Virus record (IMG/VR): IMGVR_UViG_3300010413_000096
Span: 5,279-69,278 of that record
Direction: 5' to 3' (one strand)
DNA length: 64,000 bases
Source: a virus
The notes beneath the pieces were generated by a model. The model saw only the letters and a list, made by a program, of their open reading frames with translations. It ran no database searches and was not told the DNA's origin. Of this stretch, positions 36,301 to 45,147 are shown in pieces; within the stretch, counting starts at the first letter, position 1, and every line of letters starts with the position of its first letter. The translations under genes were made by a program, and so were the position numbers.

Positions 36301-37792
36301 GGCTCTCCGGCATGGGGACGGTGTTCGTCGCAGGGCTGAACATGAACGATGGGTGAGGCAGCTCGTAGTCCACTTGGCTGCCCGGCACTGAAACGAGCTG
36401 TCCGTTACGAAGCGCTGAGGCGCCGCTGCGCTTCTTGCCTTCACCGGGAAACGCCACCGTGGCCTGTTCGAGCTTGCGCACGGGTACATCTTCCAGGCGA
36501 CCGTTCTTCATGTTGCGCATCATCGTGTACATGCGCCCTTGGTCATCTCGTTTCGTCCAGAGCGAAGAGCGGAGGTCGATGCCAGCACGGAACGATTCTG
36601 GCGTACGTGCGGGGTCGATGAGTCCGAAGTGCGTGTGGTGCAGGTTGCGTGCCTCGCTAGGCACCGCGCGTTCGGAGCTGATGCCGCCCTCGCCGAGGTT
36701 GGTGACGCGCACAGCGCTATCGATGATTTCCATCGGGTTGATTTGCGTCGGGATGGAAGCCAATGATGCGTTGGTCACGAAACCCCGCAGCGAGCGCGTG
36801 AATGGCGACGCGGGAAGCGCACGGTCGAGCGAGGGTTTCTTGCCTCCGGTGCCCAGGCGCATGCGGACCTTCTTGTGCAGGTTGCGGCCCTCAAGCTGAA
36901 TGCGCTCCTTGATGAAGTCGTCCACACCGTGGAGCGACTGGAACGCCAGGCTGTCGCGGTCGTCTGTGTCGACACCTTTGCGGTGGACATCGAGGAGCTT
37001 CTGCGAAGCCTTGAGCAGCGCCTGTTGGTTGACGTGCGTGAAGCGCTGTCCCAACGTACGTTCAGTAACGCTGGGGTCGAGCATCGTGTCGCGGTACTTC
37101 GCGGTGATTTCACGCGCCATCGTTTCTGGCTGCGAGGCAGTACGCTGGTACGGCGGCACGAGGCGTTCGTAGAGCTTGGCGACAGCTTGTTCTTCCTTCT
37201 TCTTGAAGGCGTCGCGGTTCGTAGCCACCACCCCCGCGCCCCAGTGCTGCGCCAGTTCTTTGTCGTTCACACCCATGCGCTTGAGCACGGGGTAGAGCGG
37301 GATGTTCGTCGAACCGTACTGAAGAAACATGTGGCCCTTCGCGGGGTCCATGTTGATGCGGAAGTTTTCCCCTTTGCCGAGGTTAAACGCAGCCTCCAGT
37401 TCTTCGTTGCCACGCACACGGGTGTAGACGCCGGGTCGTACCCGTCGCTGATGCGCAACGCTGTACTCGTTGCCATCGACGATGAAGGTATGGCGCTGTG
37501 TGAAGAAGGGAAGCTGGGCCAGCGTCTGGTCCTTCTTGCGTTCGATTACTTTGCCTCCCTCGTCCTTGAGCACGAGGTCGCCGCGCAGCGGTTCTTGCAG
37601 CGTGCGCCCTTGTAGGATGGCGTCTTTTTGTTGTCGCGAGGAGAAATCGCGAGGGTCAACACGGACGTTTTCAACCTCCAGGAGGTGCGCCTTGGTCTGA
37701 AGAGGGAATACCCCCTGTACGCCCTCGATGGCCTTCTGGCGAATCTGTTCGCGACGGGTAGCTGCGTCGACAAGTACTGGAGTCAGCTTCAT
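33335..37792 (-). CDS. DNA-directed RNA polymerase, beta subunit fused to catalytic N-terminal half of beta'
   Basis: beta motifs TFIVDGNEY, IDPARTPES, TQALPL, LALGRNL, GDKVAGRYGNKGVIS, LGRME; beta' motifs GGLFDP, LPVVPPVVRP, NRAPTLHR, GMDYDGD. Confidence 0.92.
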   Translation of the reverse strand: MKLTPVLVDAATRREQIRQKAIEGVQGVFPLQTKAHLLEVENVRVDPRDFSSRQQKDAILQGRTLQEPLRGDLVLKDEGGKVIERKKDQTLAQLPFFTQRHTFIVDGNEYSVAHQRRVRPGVYTRVRGNEELEAAFNLGKGENFRINMDPAKGHMFLQYGSTNIPLYPVLKRMGVNDKELAQHWGAGVVATNRDAFKKKEEQAVAKLYERLVPPYQRTASQPETMAREITAKYRDTMLDPSVTERTLGQRFTHVNQQALLKASQKLLDVHRKGVDTDDRDSLAFQSLHGVDDFIKERIQLEGRNLHKKVRMRLGTGGKKPSLDRALPASPFTRSLRGFVTNASLASIPTQINPMEIIDSAVRVTNLGEGGISSERAVPSEARNLHHTHFGLIDPARTPESFRAGIDLRSSLWTKRDDQGRMYTMMRNMKNGRLEDVPVRKLEQATVAFPGEGKKRSGASALRNGQLVSVPGSQVDYELPHPSFMFSPATNTVPMPESLQGNRVIMGGKYSTQALPLVEREEPLVQVESYNPGRTFEQELADLIVPVAPVSGIIRKVDRDYIYLQPESRKSASEEETWPFPRMAPKEHVTLYEGDELDGEKLGATPLIKIPYDDNYPLSSKTYLHNNVTVKKGDRVEANQQLADSNYTRNGKLALGRNLNVGYMAYYGMNSNDAVVVSETGAQKLTSEHMYKESLPLDNDVVLDKRKHQAQFGSRWTSQQYGNLDERGVAKAGTTVQPGDPLVLALRKTAPTPDQQMLGRLHKTLATPYREMTVVWDHRNAGEVVDVVVTASRVLVTVKTRESAAVGDKVAGRYGNKGVISKIVPDDQMVRNPEGQPLDLLMTSAGVVSRVNPAQIIETAVAKVAKKTGKPIAIPSMSGRNNVAWAKQLLKDNGLTDKEVLFNPVTGKEVKGPDGKGVMTGPQYIYKLFKSTETNYSARGVGDYDVNLQPAKGGAEGAKSLGRMEINGLLAHNARNALREAATLKSSRNDEWWRAYQLGQPTPPMRRAFAYDKFVDMLGGAGIKVDKSNEQLFLGPMTDNDITKMSAGELKKPTMVREKDLAPEKGGLFDPVVTGGTSGNRWAHVTLNEPIVNPTFEDPVRRILGMTKAQFRTAVQREGGSGIQKRLRDLDLREHRAFLEARAAKATGTSLDDTVKQLKALNSLERQGLTPDKAFVLSKLPVVPPVVRPILPSRGKRDLLISDANYLYRDAMLANDTLNEAKRMLPEDEVGRARLHLYDATKAVFGLGDAVSPQLKGRGAKGFITTIAGQGSPKRGFFHGKVLKRPQDLTGRGTVAPDLNLNMDEVGLPEDMMWKTYEPHLMRRLVQGGYRALDAKDMIANKHPQAREALLTESRNRPVVINRAPTLHRFSMVGAYPVPVPGKTIRVNPFMEEGMGMDYDGDTVQVHVPVSDGAVQDVKSMTLSNQLFGDKTKSDLMVFPQHEAVLGVYTASAASGGKTRSFKSKNEALQAYRRGEVDLNDTIRIG

Positions 37793-37815
37793 GCTCGTCT
37801 AACCTCACGCTCGCT

Positions 37816-37844
37816 AGTATAGGCGAACCGCGTGCATTTCCAAA
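37816..37844 (-). promoter_or_regulatory. putative promoter of the RNA polymerase gene
   Basis: TTGGAA-16 bp (ending CGCC)-TATACT, 24 nt upstream of the ATG; GAGG RBS. Confidence 0.55.
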
Positions 37845-38004
37845 GATAGCGCCTGTTTTTGGTACAAGAAAGTGCCCCGGTACCGTGTAGCTTTTGGGAA
37901 ATCCCTCCCCAAGAGCTACGCGGTGGTGGGGTGACGCACGGTTTGTGTCGTCTTTAGTTGCCGGCAAAAAAGAGGGAGTTCTCAAACCACCTCCGGAGGT
38001 GAAC

Positions 38005-38787
38005 ATGACTTTTGAACAGTTCGTTCAATTATGGGCCGTGAAACGCTTGCGCATTCACGACCTAAACAGTCTGGTGCGCAAGAATCGAACCTGTAGTATC
38101 CCCGATGAGCTGGGTAGGCTCGCGGCGCAGCGGGGAGTAACGTTGTCGACCGACGAGGCGTACGGCATCATCAACGCCCTTTTCGACTGGGCCGACAACC
38201 TCGGCTTCTGGCCGCTCGACCCCTCGCCCGAGCCCGAGGAGTGGGAAGGCCGGGACGCCGAACTGCCTCTGTGCGTGTTGGCTACCGATGACGCGCAGTA
38301 CATCGACTACAACGACATGCCGCGCATCCTCGCGCTGTACGACGGGCACAACCTGCCCGACTACCTGCCCGAGGACGAACGGCAAGCACGCATTCGTCGT
38401 CAGCGTCACAGGCCTGTGCTGACGACGACGTGTCGCGAGGACGCGTGCAACGAGAAAATCACCATCACCGTAGCGATGGCCGCGACCGCCATTCGGAAGC
38501 ACAAGCTCATCGAGTCGGGCGACGTCTACGAGCCTTCCACGCTCTGCAAGAAGCACCGCGCCGAGCGTGACGAGATGCTCGCGCAGAAGCGTCAGCGGCG
38601 CAACGGCGGAGAGCTGCGGGTCCCGATGAAGCAAGGTGCGAAGTGGGTCTCGAAGAACAAGAACAAGGAGGTGCCGGATGCTAATCAGAGCGCTGCTTCT
38701 TCTCCTGTTGTAGTGGAGGAACCGTCTCCGCCACCACAGGAACCGGAGGCGGTGCCGCAGTCGAAGGAGGTACAGCCGGAGGCGTAA
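38005..38787 (+). CDS. hypothetical protein with putative Zn finger
   Basis: ATG 38005 with GGAGGTG RBS; CREDAC...CKKH; single plus-strand gene inside the minus-strand block. Confidence 0.65.
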   Translation: MTFEQFVQLWAVKRLRIHDLNSLVRKNRTCSIPDELGRLAAQRGVTLSTDEAYGIINALFDWADNLGFWPLDPSPEPEEWEGRDAELPLCVLATDDAQYIDYNDMPRILALYDGHNLPDYLPEDERQARIRRQRHRPVLTTTCREDACNEKITITVAMAATAIRKHKLIESGDVYEPSTLCKKHRAERDEMLAQKRQRRNGGELRVPMKQGAKWVSKNKNKEVPDANQSAASSPVVVEEPSPPPQEPEAVPQSKEVQPEA

Positions 38788-38998
38788 CAGCCTCGGGCAC
38801 GACCATGCTCTCGCCCTCGGGCTTCGGCTCGGGGGCGGGGGCTTCTTCCTTCGTGCTGAACAGGCTCCTGAGCCAGTCCTTTATGGGGGACGTCACAGGG
38901 GTGGTCAATTCGCGCGTCATCTCGTTGCGCATCAAGTCCGCACGCTTCTTCAGAAGCATGTGTCGCGCGGCGACTTTGAAGAAGTGGGGAGTCGTCAT
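38681..38998 (-). CDS. small putative head protein
   Basis: ATGA coupling with the upstream gene; FFKVA and KKRA sites; Pro-rich tail overlapping the convergent gene. Confidence 0.5.
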   Translation of the reverse strand: MTTPHFFKVAARHMLLKKRADLMRNEMTRELTTPVTSPIKDWLRSLFSTKEEAPAPEPKPEGESMVVPEAVTPPAVPPSTAAPPPVPVVAETVPPLQQEKKQRSD

Positions 38999-39435
38999 GA
39001 CGGTGCGTCTCCCGTTTTCTTTTTCGGTTTGGGAGTCAGGTAGCTCACGCTGATGACGATGGTTCCATCGCGCAGCGTGGTCCGTTCTTCCCAGCGCATG
39101 ATTGCATCACCGTCGAGCACCTCGTTCATGAGCTGTTCGTAATGCGTGGAATCGTCACGCTCAACGAACTCGGGACGGCCACGTTCATCGTGACCGACCT
39201 CGACCTGTCCCATGATAAAGCGCTTGAAGTGCGCGCGGAAGTTGTAGCGGGGGATGCCTCTGATATTCTTGCCATCGGGTGCGGCGAGGTTGTCGATGAC
39301 GTCTTCGCCTTGCGGGATGGGGAACTGTGCGAACAGTTGCGGGACATCCGCGTTGGCGCCGAGACCCGTGTCATCAGGAATCTCAGATGCCCGCTTGACG
39401 GTTGTTGCAATGCTCTCTGCGTCAGATTTGCCCAT
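38995..39435 (-). CDS. hypothetical protein
   Basis: 146 aa directly downstream of portal. Confidence 0.65.
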   Translation of the reverse strand: MGKSDAESIATTVKRASEIPDDTGLGANADVPQLFAQFPIPQGEDVIDNLAAPDGKNIRGIPRYNFRAHFKRFIMGQVEVGHDERGRPEFVERDDSTHYEQLMNEVLDGDAIMRWEERTTLRDGTIVISVSYLTPKPKKKTGDAPS

Positions 39436-39438
39436 GGC

Positions 39439-41151
39439 TTACCCCTGCCCTTGCGCTTGGCGTTTGCCTTGGTAGGCCGCCTGGCTTTGGTACTCCTCGA
39501 GTCGCTGGATGACGACAGCGTACATGACGGCGTCTTCCACCTGAAGCGAATGGAGTTGGCTCTTTCGCATGCCGGGGTCGAGGGAGAGGAGTTGTTGTGC
39601 GATGCCGTCCGCCTGCGCGAGCACTTGCTGTTGGTCGTACTGCATGCCTTGACCCAGCGAGGCTTGCGATTGCGCTTGCTGCGCGAGAGACTGCTGGAGC
39701 TTCTGAATCTTGAGTTGCACCTCCTGCTGGAAGCGCACCTCGTCGAGCTGCTCCTGCATACGGCGGTTGCGCTCTTTCTTGAGGTCGAAGTCGTTCAGCT
39801 CCGCGATGGTGGTGTTGGAGATGAGCTGGCTGGTCTGGTTGAGCTGCATGATGAGCTGCTTCTGTTGCACGTCGTCGATGAGCTTGAACTCGGTCAGCTC
39901 GACGTCGACGCTGCCCCAACCCAGAATCTTGGTGCTGCGGTCAGTAATCCACTGGAGCAGTTCATTTAGCTCGGACGTGTAGGTGAGAAGCTGGTTTTCC
40001 AGCATGCGCAGCGTAATGGCCGAACCGGTGAACGAGAGACCACCGTAGATGAATTCGCGGGGGATACCCATCGCGGCGATGATGTTGTCCTCAGCCTCTT
40101 TGACTTCACCGAGCGTGAGCAGGGCACGTCCGTCGCCGCCGATTTGTGTCGAGTCCACGGGAACAGGTGAGTGCATGATGGTGAGCGGGTCTTTGCGGTG
40201 CTCGCGAATGCCCTGCTTCACCTCTTCGAACATGCGGGCGATAGAGATGGTCTGAATCGGGTCCGCGTTGGCCGAGGCTTGTTTCGGAAAGAGAATGCGG
40301 AAGGGAACCAGGTGGTCCAGCGCGATGGCCTCGTTCGCTTTCCGAAGCACAGCCGCGTAGAAGAACATCTTGATGGCAGAGGTCAGCGGAGGGAATCCCC
40401 ACTGTTGGTCGATACCGGCGGGTGGCGCGACCTTCATGTGGTAGATGTAGTTCGGTGCGAACTTGAACATCTTGTTGTCGCGCACCGCTTTGAGAAACTC
40501 GAGCGGCATCGTGTTGAGCAACAGCTTGTTGCCTTGCCGGATGCGATTCTTGAGGTCTGGCGGGACCGAGTAGTAGTACGTCGACTCTCCCGAAATCGGG
40601 TTGTGGTCGATGTCCATCTGTTTGGGGTCCCAGCGGATGATGTTGATGCGGTTCGGGTCGGTGAGGCGCCGGTCGATGACCTTGCCCGCCACGACACGTT
40701 TGCACTTCTTGCAGGTGAACTCGAACTTGAGCTTCTTGAATTTGAAGCGGTAGTTGATGTGTTGGATGTTGGTCAGTTTCCCACACTGGGGACACTTCAA
40801 GAAGCGCGCGAAGGGTTGGTAGATGGAGATGAAGGCATTGCCGTAAATCCAACGGTCGCGACCGCAGAGGACGAGGATGTCCTTGACCTTGAGGGTCTTC
40901 TCGAGCAAGTTCTCGACCTTTGCTTCCAGCCCCTTGTTGGTCGTGGTGTACGAGATGTCGGTGATGGGATACTCAGAGAACTTCTTCAGGGCTGCGAAGA
41001 TTTGGGCGGAGTTGTAGTAGAGGTACTCCATCCAGGTGAACAGGTCGCGCAGACGTCGCGGTACGAACCCGGTCAAGAAGTCGAACATCGGGTTCGGATG
41101 CGAGGCGTTGCCGCGATACAGAGACTCGAGGTCTGCTATCGAAAGGTCCAT
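39439..41151 (-). CDS. portal protein with Zn-finger insertion and Gln-rich C-terminus
   Basis: GRDRWIYGNAFI, IYHMK, WGFPPLTSA, IIAAMGIPREFIYG portal motifs; CPQC...CKKC; start MDLSIA. Confidence 0.85.
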   Translation of the reverse strand: MDLSIADLESLYRGNASHPNPMFDFLTGFVPRRLRDLFTWMEYLYYNSAQIFAALKKFSEYPITDISYTTTNKGLEAKVENLLEKTLKVKDILVLCGRDRWIYGNAFISIYQPFARFLKCPQCGKLTNIQHINYRFKFKKLKFEFTCKKCKRVVAGKVIDRRLTDPNRINIIRWDPKQMDIDHNPISGESTYYYSVPPDLKNRIRQGNKLLLNTMPLEFLKAVRDNKMFKFAPNYIYHMKVAPPAGIDQQWGFPPLTSAIKMFFYAAVLRKANEAIALDHLVPFRILFPKQASANADPIQTISIARMFEEVKQGIREHRKDPLTIMHSPVPVDSTQIGGDGRALLTLGEVKEAEDNIIAAMGIPREFIYGGLSFTGSAITLRMLENQLLTYTSELNELLQWITDRSTKILGWGSVDVELTEFKLIDDVQQKQLIMQLNQTSQLISNTTIAELNDFDLKKERNRRMQEQLDEVRFQQEVQLKIQKLQQSLAQQAQSQASLGQGMQYDQQQVLAQADGIAQQLLSLDPGMRKSQLHSLQVEDAVMYAVVIQRLEEYQSQAAYQGKRQAQGQG

Positions 41152-41188
41152 TGAGATTCCTCTACCTACGCGAAACTTGTACAAAAGG

Positions 41189-41217
41189 AGAATAGGTCAC
41201 GTGTCGGAGGATTACAA
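41189..41217 (-). promoter_or_regulatory. putative portal promoter
   Basis: TTGTAA-17 bp (ending GACC)-TATTCT; overlaps the RBS and start of the divergent gene at 41201. Confidence 0.6.
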
Positions 41218-41638
41218 GCGGGCAGTCTGCAATTTCTGCCCATCCCAGCCCCAGTGCGAGGAGTACCGGGGCAAGATGTGGTGTGGGGAGTGCGAGATAG
41301 CGCTCGTCTGCACCATGACCGAAGACGTAGGGGTCACGGACTGCCACGTCGCCAAAAAGTACTGGGAAGAATCTTTACCGCGTAAATGCTTGCTCGCAGA
41401 GCAAGCGTTGAGCAGCTTCGTGCGTGCCAGTGCATCATCCCACGGAGCACGCGAAGGCGCGGATGGATTCGTACGTGATAGCCACAGCAAAATCTTCTGT
41501 CCCAGATGTCTGCACCCTACGTTCATCGCAGAAACAGGTCACACCTGGGAACCCGCCTTCGGTGGTGGCGGACGGCAGTCCACGCTAAAAGCAACTTGTT
41601 GTATTTGTGGACTTGACGTGGAAGTAGCACTGTCGTAG
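41201..41638 (+). CDS. Cys-rich Zn-finger protein
   Basis: GTG start with AAGGAG RBS; CNFC, CGEC, CPRC, CCIC. Confidence 0.6.
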   Translation: MSEDYKRAVCNFCPSQPQCEEYRGKMWCGECEIALVCTMTEDVGVTDCHVAKKYWEESLPRKCLLAEQALSSFVRASASSHGAREGADGFVRDSHSKIFCPRCLHPTFIAETGHTWEPAFGGGGRQSTLKATCCICGLDVEVALS

Positions 41639-41654
41639 TGTCGGGCAGATAAAC

Positions 41655-43562
41655 ATGCAAACGGTGATTCTCAAAGTCACGAAGCTCATGGGGACGCCAG
41701 TTTTCACAGCGTTCTCCACGGATATGCGCTTCGCAAAAGTGTACGGTGCAACACGCCTGGGTGAGAAAGACCCCTTGTGGTACTACCCTGCGTTCTACCC
41801 TGTCTACCGTCACGTGCTCAACGACTTCAAAGTGTTGCAAGTGCCGCTGGAGCTGTCTGACACCGCCAAGAAAGTGGTGACGCAGCTCGATGAGTACGCC
41901 GAACGCATTGAGAAGCGAATACTTCCGCCAGGATTTGAGTTCAAGACCAAGCCGTATGACCACCAGCTAGAAGGTCTGGTGCACGTCCTCTACAACTTCC
42001 GTGCGGCACTCTTCTACGCCTGTGGACTGGGGAAGACCAAGGTCGTCATCGATTGGCAGCGTGCCATTGGAGCCAAGCCGCTCATCTTGTGCCCCCGTGT
42101 GGTCGTCAAGGTGTGGCCATACGAAGCGCAGCGCCATGGCTTCGAGCAGGAGTTCGCGGTCATCGATGCCAAATCGCGTGCGGAGAAGTTGACGCAGCTA
42201 ACGGACGCCAAGAACTACCCTGGCATCGTCATCTCCTACGATTCCGCACGACGGTACTACGAAGAGCTGGCCAAGCTGCCGTACAACGCCATCGTGGCGG
42301 ATGAATCGCACTATATAAAAGGTCACACGAGCAGCCGGTCCAAGGTGGCCATCGAGCTGAGCAAGAAAGCAAGCCGGCGCATCATCATGTCCGGGACGCC
42401 TTCTACGGGAGACCCGCGCGATATGTGGGCGCAGTTTCGCTTCTTATCACCGTGCTTCTTGTCCGAGCAGTTCTGGAAGTTCAAGGACACCTATTGCGAG
42501 ACTGCGCCGCTCAACAAGCGCATCGTGGTGGGTTACAAGAACCTGGATGTGCTCAACCGGCGTGTGAACATCGTGGCGCTTCGCAAAACCAAGGCGCAGT
42601 GTTTGGATTTGCCCACACGTCAAATCATCGATATCCCCATCGACCTCGAAGACCATCAGCGGAAAGTCTACAACACTCTCATCTTCACGGAAGAGTACGA
42701 GGTCATACGCACAGCGCTGGCGGAGGACAAACTTTTCACAGAGCAGGGCCTCATCGATGTGCCCAACGCAGCTATTCTGGTCAACAAGCTGCTTCAGGTT
42801 GCTTGCGGATTCGTCTACCTCAAACCCGATGAGCCACCTATCTGCGACGGTTGCGAACACCTGCGTGACTGCATCAACGAGGGCATCAAACCGTACACCG
42901 CTGCGTGCCAGGTCGATTCGACACCGCGTCCGCCAATTGTCGAGCGAATGAAAACGAACGCTAAGCTCGACATGCTCTTGATGAAGCTCGACGAGATTCT
43001 TGCTGAGCCGACGCACAAGTGCATCGTCTGGTGTCAATTCTCCGCTGAGATGAATTGGGTGCAAGAAGCGGTTCAGGAGCACTGGAAAAAGACCAAACAG
43101 AATCACACGCTGGTGCGTGTGGATGGCAGCACGGGTGCACCGGAGAAGCTCGTCAAGAAGTTCAACACGGACCCTGAATGTCGCGTCTATCTAGGCCAGG
43201 TGGAAACCGGTGTGGGCATCACGCTGAACGCAGCGAACTACATGGTCTACTTCAGCTTGCCGTGGAAGCTCCTGGCGTACGACCAATCCATCGACCGCAA
43301 CCATCGCGTTGGACAAGAACGTGACGTGGTGGTGTTTCGCTTGATAGCGCGCGGTACCATCGACGTGCACGTTGCACGTTCCTTGGCGCTGAAGCGCACG
43401 GTGTCCGAAACGATTGTCGCCACTCTGCGGTGCGCTCAATGTGAACGGCAGAAGCGGTGCGAAGACCGAGGCGTGAGCCTCTTCGAGCCTGGCTGTCTCT
43501 ACAAGCGCCAGGTCGCACGGCCAGTGGCACGTGCAAGGAGCATCAAAGAATGCCCGACATAA
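41655..43562 (+). CDS. SNF2-family (SF2) helicase
   Basis: PYDHQ, CGLGKT, ADESH, MSGTP, GVGITL, QSIDRNHRVGQ. Confidence 0.92.
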   Translation: MQTVILKVTKLMGTPVFTAFSTDMRFAKVYGATRLGEKDPLWYYPAFYPVYRHVLNDFKVLQVPLELSDTAKKVVTQLDEYAERIEKRILPPGFEFKTKPYDHQLEGLVHVLYNFRAALFYACGLGKTKVVIDWQRAIGAKPLILCPRVVVKVWPYEAQRHGFEQEFAVIDAKSRAEKLTQLTDAKNYPGIVISYDSARRYYEELAKLPYNAIVADESHYIKGHTSSRSKVAIELSKKASRRIIMSGTPSTGDPRDMWAQFRFLSPCFLSEQFWKFKDTYCETAPLNKRIVVGYKNLDVLNRRVNIVALRKTKAQCLDLPTRQIIDIPIDLEDHQRKVYNTLIFTEEYEVIRTALAEDKLFTEQGLIDVPNAAILVNKLLQVACGFVYLKPDEPPICDGCEHLRDCINEGIKPYTAACQVDSTPRPPIVERMKTNAKLDMLLMKLDEILAEPTHKCIVWCQFSAEMNWVQEAVQEHWKKTKQNHTLVRVDGSTGAPEKLVKKFNTDPECRVYLGQVETGVGITLNAANYMVYFSLPWKLLAYDQSIDRNHRVGQERDVVVFRLIARGTIDVHVARSLALKRTVSETIVATLRCAQCERQKRCEDRGVSLFEPGCLYKRQVARPVARARSIKECPT

Positions 43563-44191
43563 CACTCAGATACAAACAAGAAGAACTCGAGGACTTCATT
43601 CGCAAGATGTTGGCGGCCAAGGGTCTTCAGCCCGTGGACCGCATCGAGTTTCGTCCGCGCATCGTGAACGGGGAACCGCAGTCGTTCGACGTCATCATCG
43701 ACTGCGAGCCCGGTCCGCTGTTGGAAGAATGTCCGATGTGCCAGACGAAGCTGAGCAACGGGGCACCTGTACCCCCAAAACCCGTGCGTACCGCTCCAGC
43801 AGGACGCGTAGAGACGCAGAAGCGCATCGACGAAGAAGAGAGCGAAGCTGCACCAGCCTATGCCGAAGAACGCGACTACCCTGCGGGTGACTTCCCCGTT
43901 GACCCTGAGACGCAGGAAGAGCAGGACCCCTCGCTCATCGACCCGGAACTCGGGGAGACGTTCGACCCTCCGTCGCCCGGAGAGGGCACGCCGTCCGTAA
44001 CGGTATCCACCACGTCATCTACGGATGACGACGATGAGGCCGGAGGCGGGTCGATGAAATCGCTGCTTGCGGCGAACCGGCGTCTCACAGCGCAGCGCGA
44101 ACGCGAACTCGCGGAGCGCAAGAAGCAGAGCGGCGGTTCGCACATGGCTGGCGAATCGACTCGGCCACCGAAGCCCGGTGAAGGACTCTGA
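43550..44191 (+). CDS. hypothetical protein (CxxC, acidic low complexity)
   Basis: start MPDITL with AAGGAG upstream; TGATG coupling to the next gene. Confidence 0.6.
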   Translation: MPDITLRYKQEELEDFIRKMLAAKGLQPVDRIEFRPRIVNGEPQSFDVIIDCEPGPLLEECPMCQTKLSNGAPVPPKPVRTAPAGRVETQKRIDEEESEAAPAYAEERDYPAGDFPVDPETQEEQDPSLIDPELGETFDPPSPGEGTPSVTVSTTSSTDDDDEAGGGSMKSLLAANRRLTAQRERELAERKKQSGGSHMAGESTRPPKPGEGL

Positions 44192-45138
44192 TGGCTACAC
44201 CTAAAAAAGGACGAGAGATGGACCAGCCGATTATCGAGCTGACTCCTGAACTCGTCGAACAACTAGAGCGGAACAAACCCCCTGGCGGGTTCAAGCTTCC
44301 GCACGGCTACCTCAGCCATTCGCAAATCGAGATGTACTTGAAGTGCCCTCGGCAGTACTACTTCCGCTACATCCGTGATGAGAAACGACCTCCCGCTGTG
44401 GCGATGACGTTGGGCAGCAGCGCGCACAAAGCGGTGGAGACAACGCATCACCACATCGTGGACCACAAGACGCCTGCCCCTATCGAGATGGTCCTTGCGG
44501 CGTACTCCGATACCTTCGACAAGAAGGCGGTGGATGTGCCGGACGAAGAGTGGCAAGAAGAAGGAAACGACAAGGGTTCGGTGAAGGACGCGGGCGTACG
44601 CCTGGTCACTATCTACAATCGGGACTTTGCACCGTTGGTCAAGCCGCAAGTCAACAACGGTGTGCGGGGCATCGAGAAGAAAATCGAAGTATCTGTGGCG
44701 GGTGTCCCGATGGTTGGGTACATCGACCTCATCGACACCAACGCCGACGCCATCATGTCGCCCGAAGAACGCGCGTTGCTTCAGGCCCACGGTGCCGATG
44801 TGCCCGAGATGTTTCGTACGGCCGTAACGGACTTCAAGACGAAGTCGAAGTCGGTCTCGCAAGCAGAGATTGACGGGTCCTTCCAGCTCACGTTCTACTC
44901 TTACGCGGAAGGCATCAGCATGGTCCGGTACGACCAGCTCCTTCGACAGAAGAAGCCGAAGGTCAAGCGGATGCACTCGCAACGCACACAAAAGGACTAC
45001 GGCTGGATGAGCGAAATCGTGAGCAGCGTGGCGAAGGCCATCACTGCTGGAATCTTTCCACCCTGCGACCCTACGAGCTGGGCCTGCACGCCGAAGTGGT
45101 GCGGGTTCTACCATATGTGTCGCGGCAAGAAACGCTAG
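44191..45138 (+). CDS. PD-(D/E)XK nuclease (RecB/Cas4-like)
   Basis: LSHSQI..YLKCPRQY, GSSAH, GYIDLI, DFKT, QLTFY, C-terminal C...WC..C. Confidence 0.85.
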   Translation: MATPKKGREMDQPIIELTPELVEQLERNKPPGGFKLPHGYLSHSQIEMYLKCPRQYYFRYIRDEKRPPAVAMTLGSSAHKAVETTHHHIVDHKTPAPIEMVLAAYSDTFDKKAVDVPDEEWQEEGNDKGSVKDAGVRLVTIYNRDFAPLVKPQVNNGVRGIEKKIEVSVAGVPMVGYIDLIDTNADAIMSPEERALLQAHGADVPEMFRTAVTDFKTKSKSVSQAEIDGSFQLTFYSYAEGISMVRYDQLLRQKKPKVKRMHSQRTQKDYGWMSEIVSSVAKAITAGIFPPCDPTSWACTPKWCGFYHMCRGKKR

Positions 45139-45147
45139 GAGCGACTC

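Noticed and set aside
28121-37792. Host rpoB/rpoC operon (bacterial chromosome or prophage flank)
   Set aside because: Highly divergent, non-canonical split, no ribosomal protein genes nearby, and surrounded by virion genes
37857-41190. Possible plus-strand early/middle promoter motif GTACAA (37862 and 41179)
   Set aside because: Only two short occurrences at different distances from start codons; insufficient support
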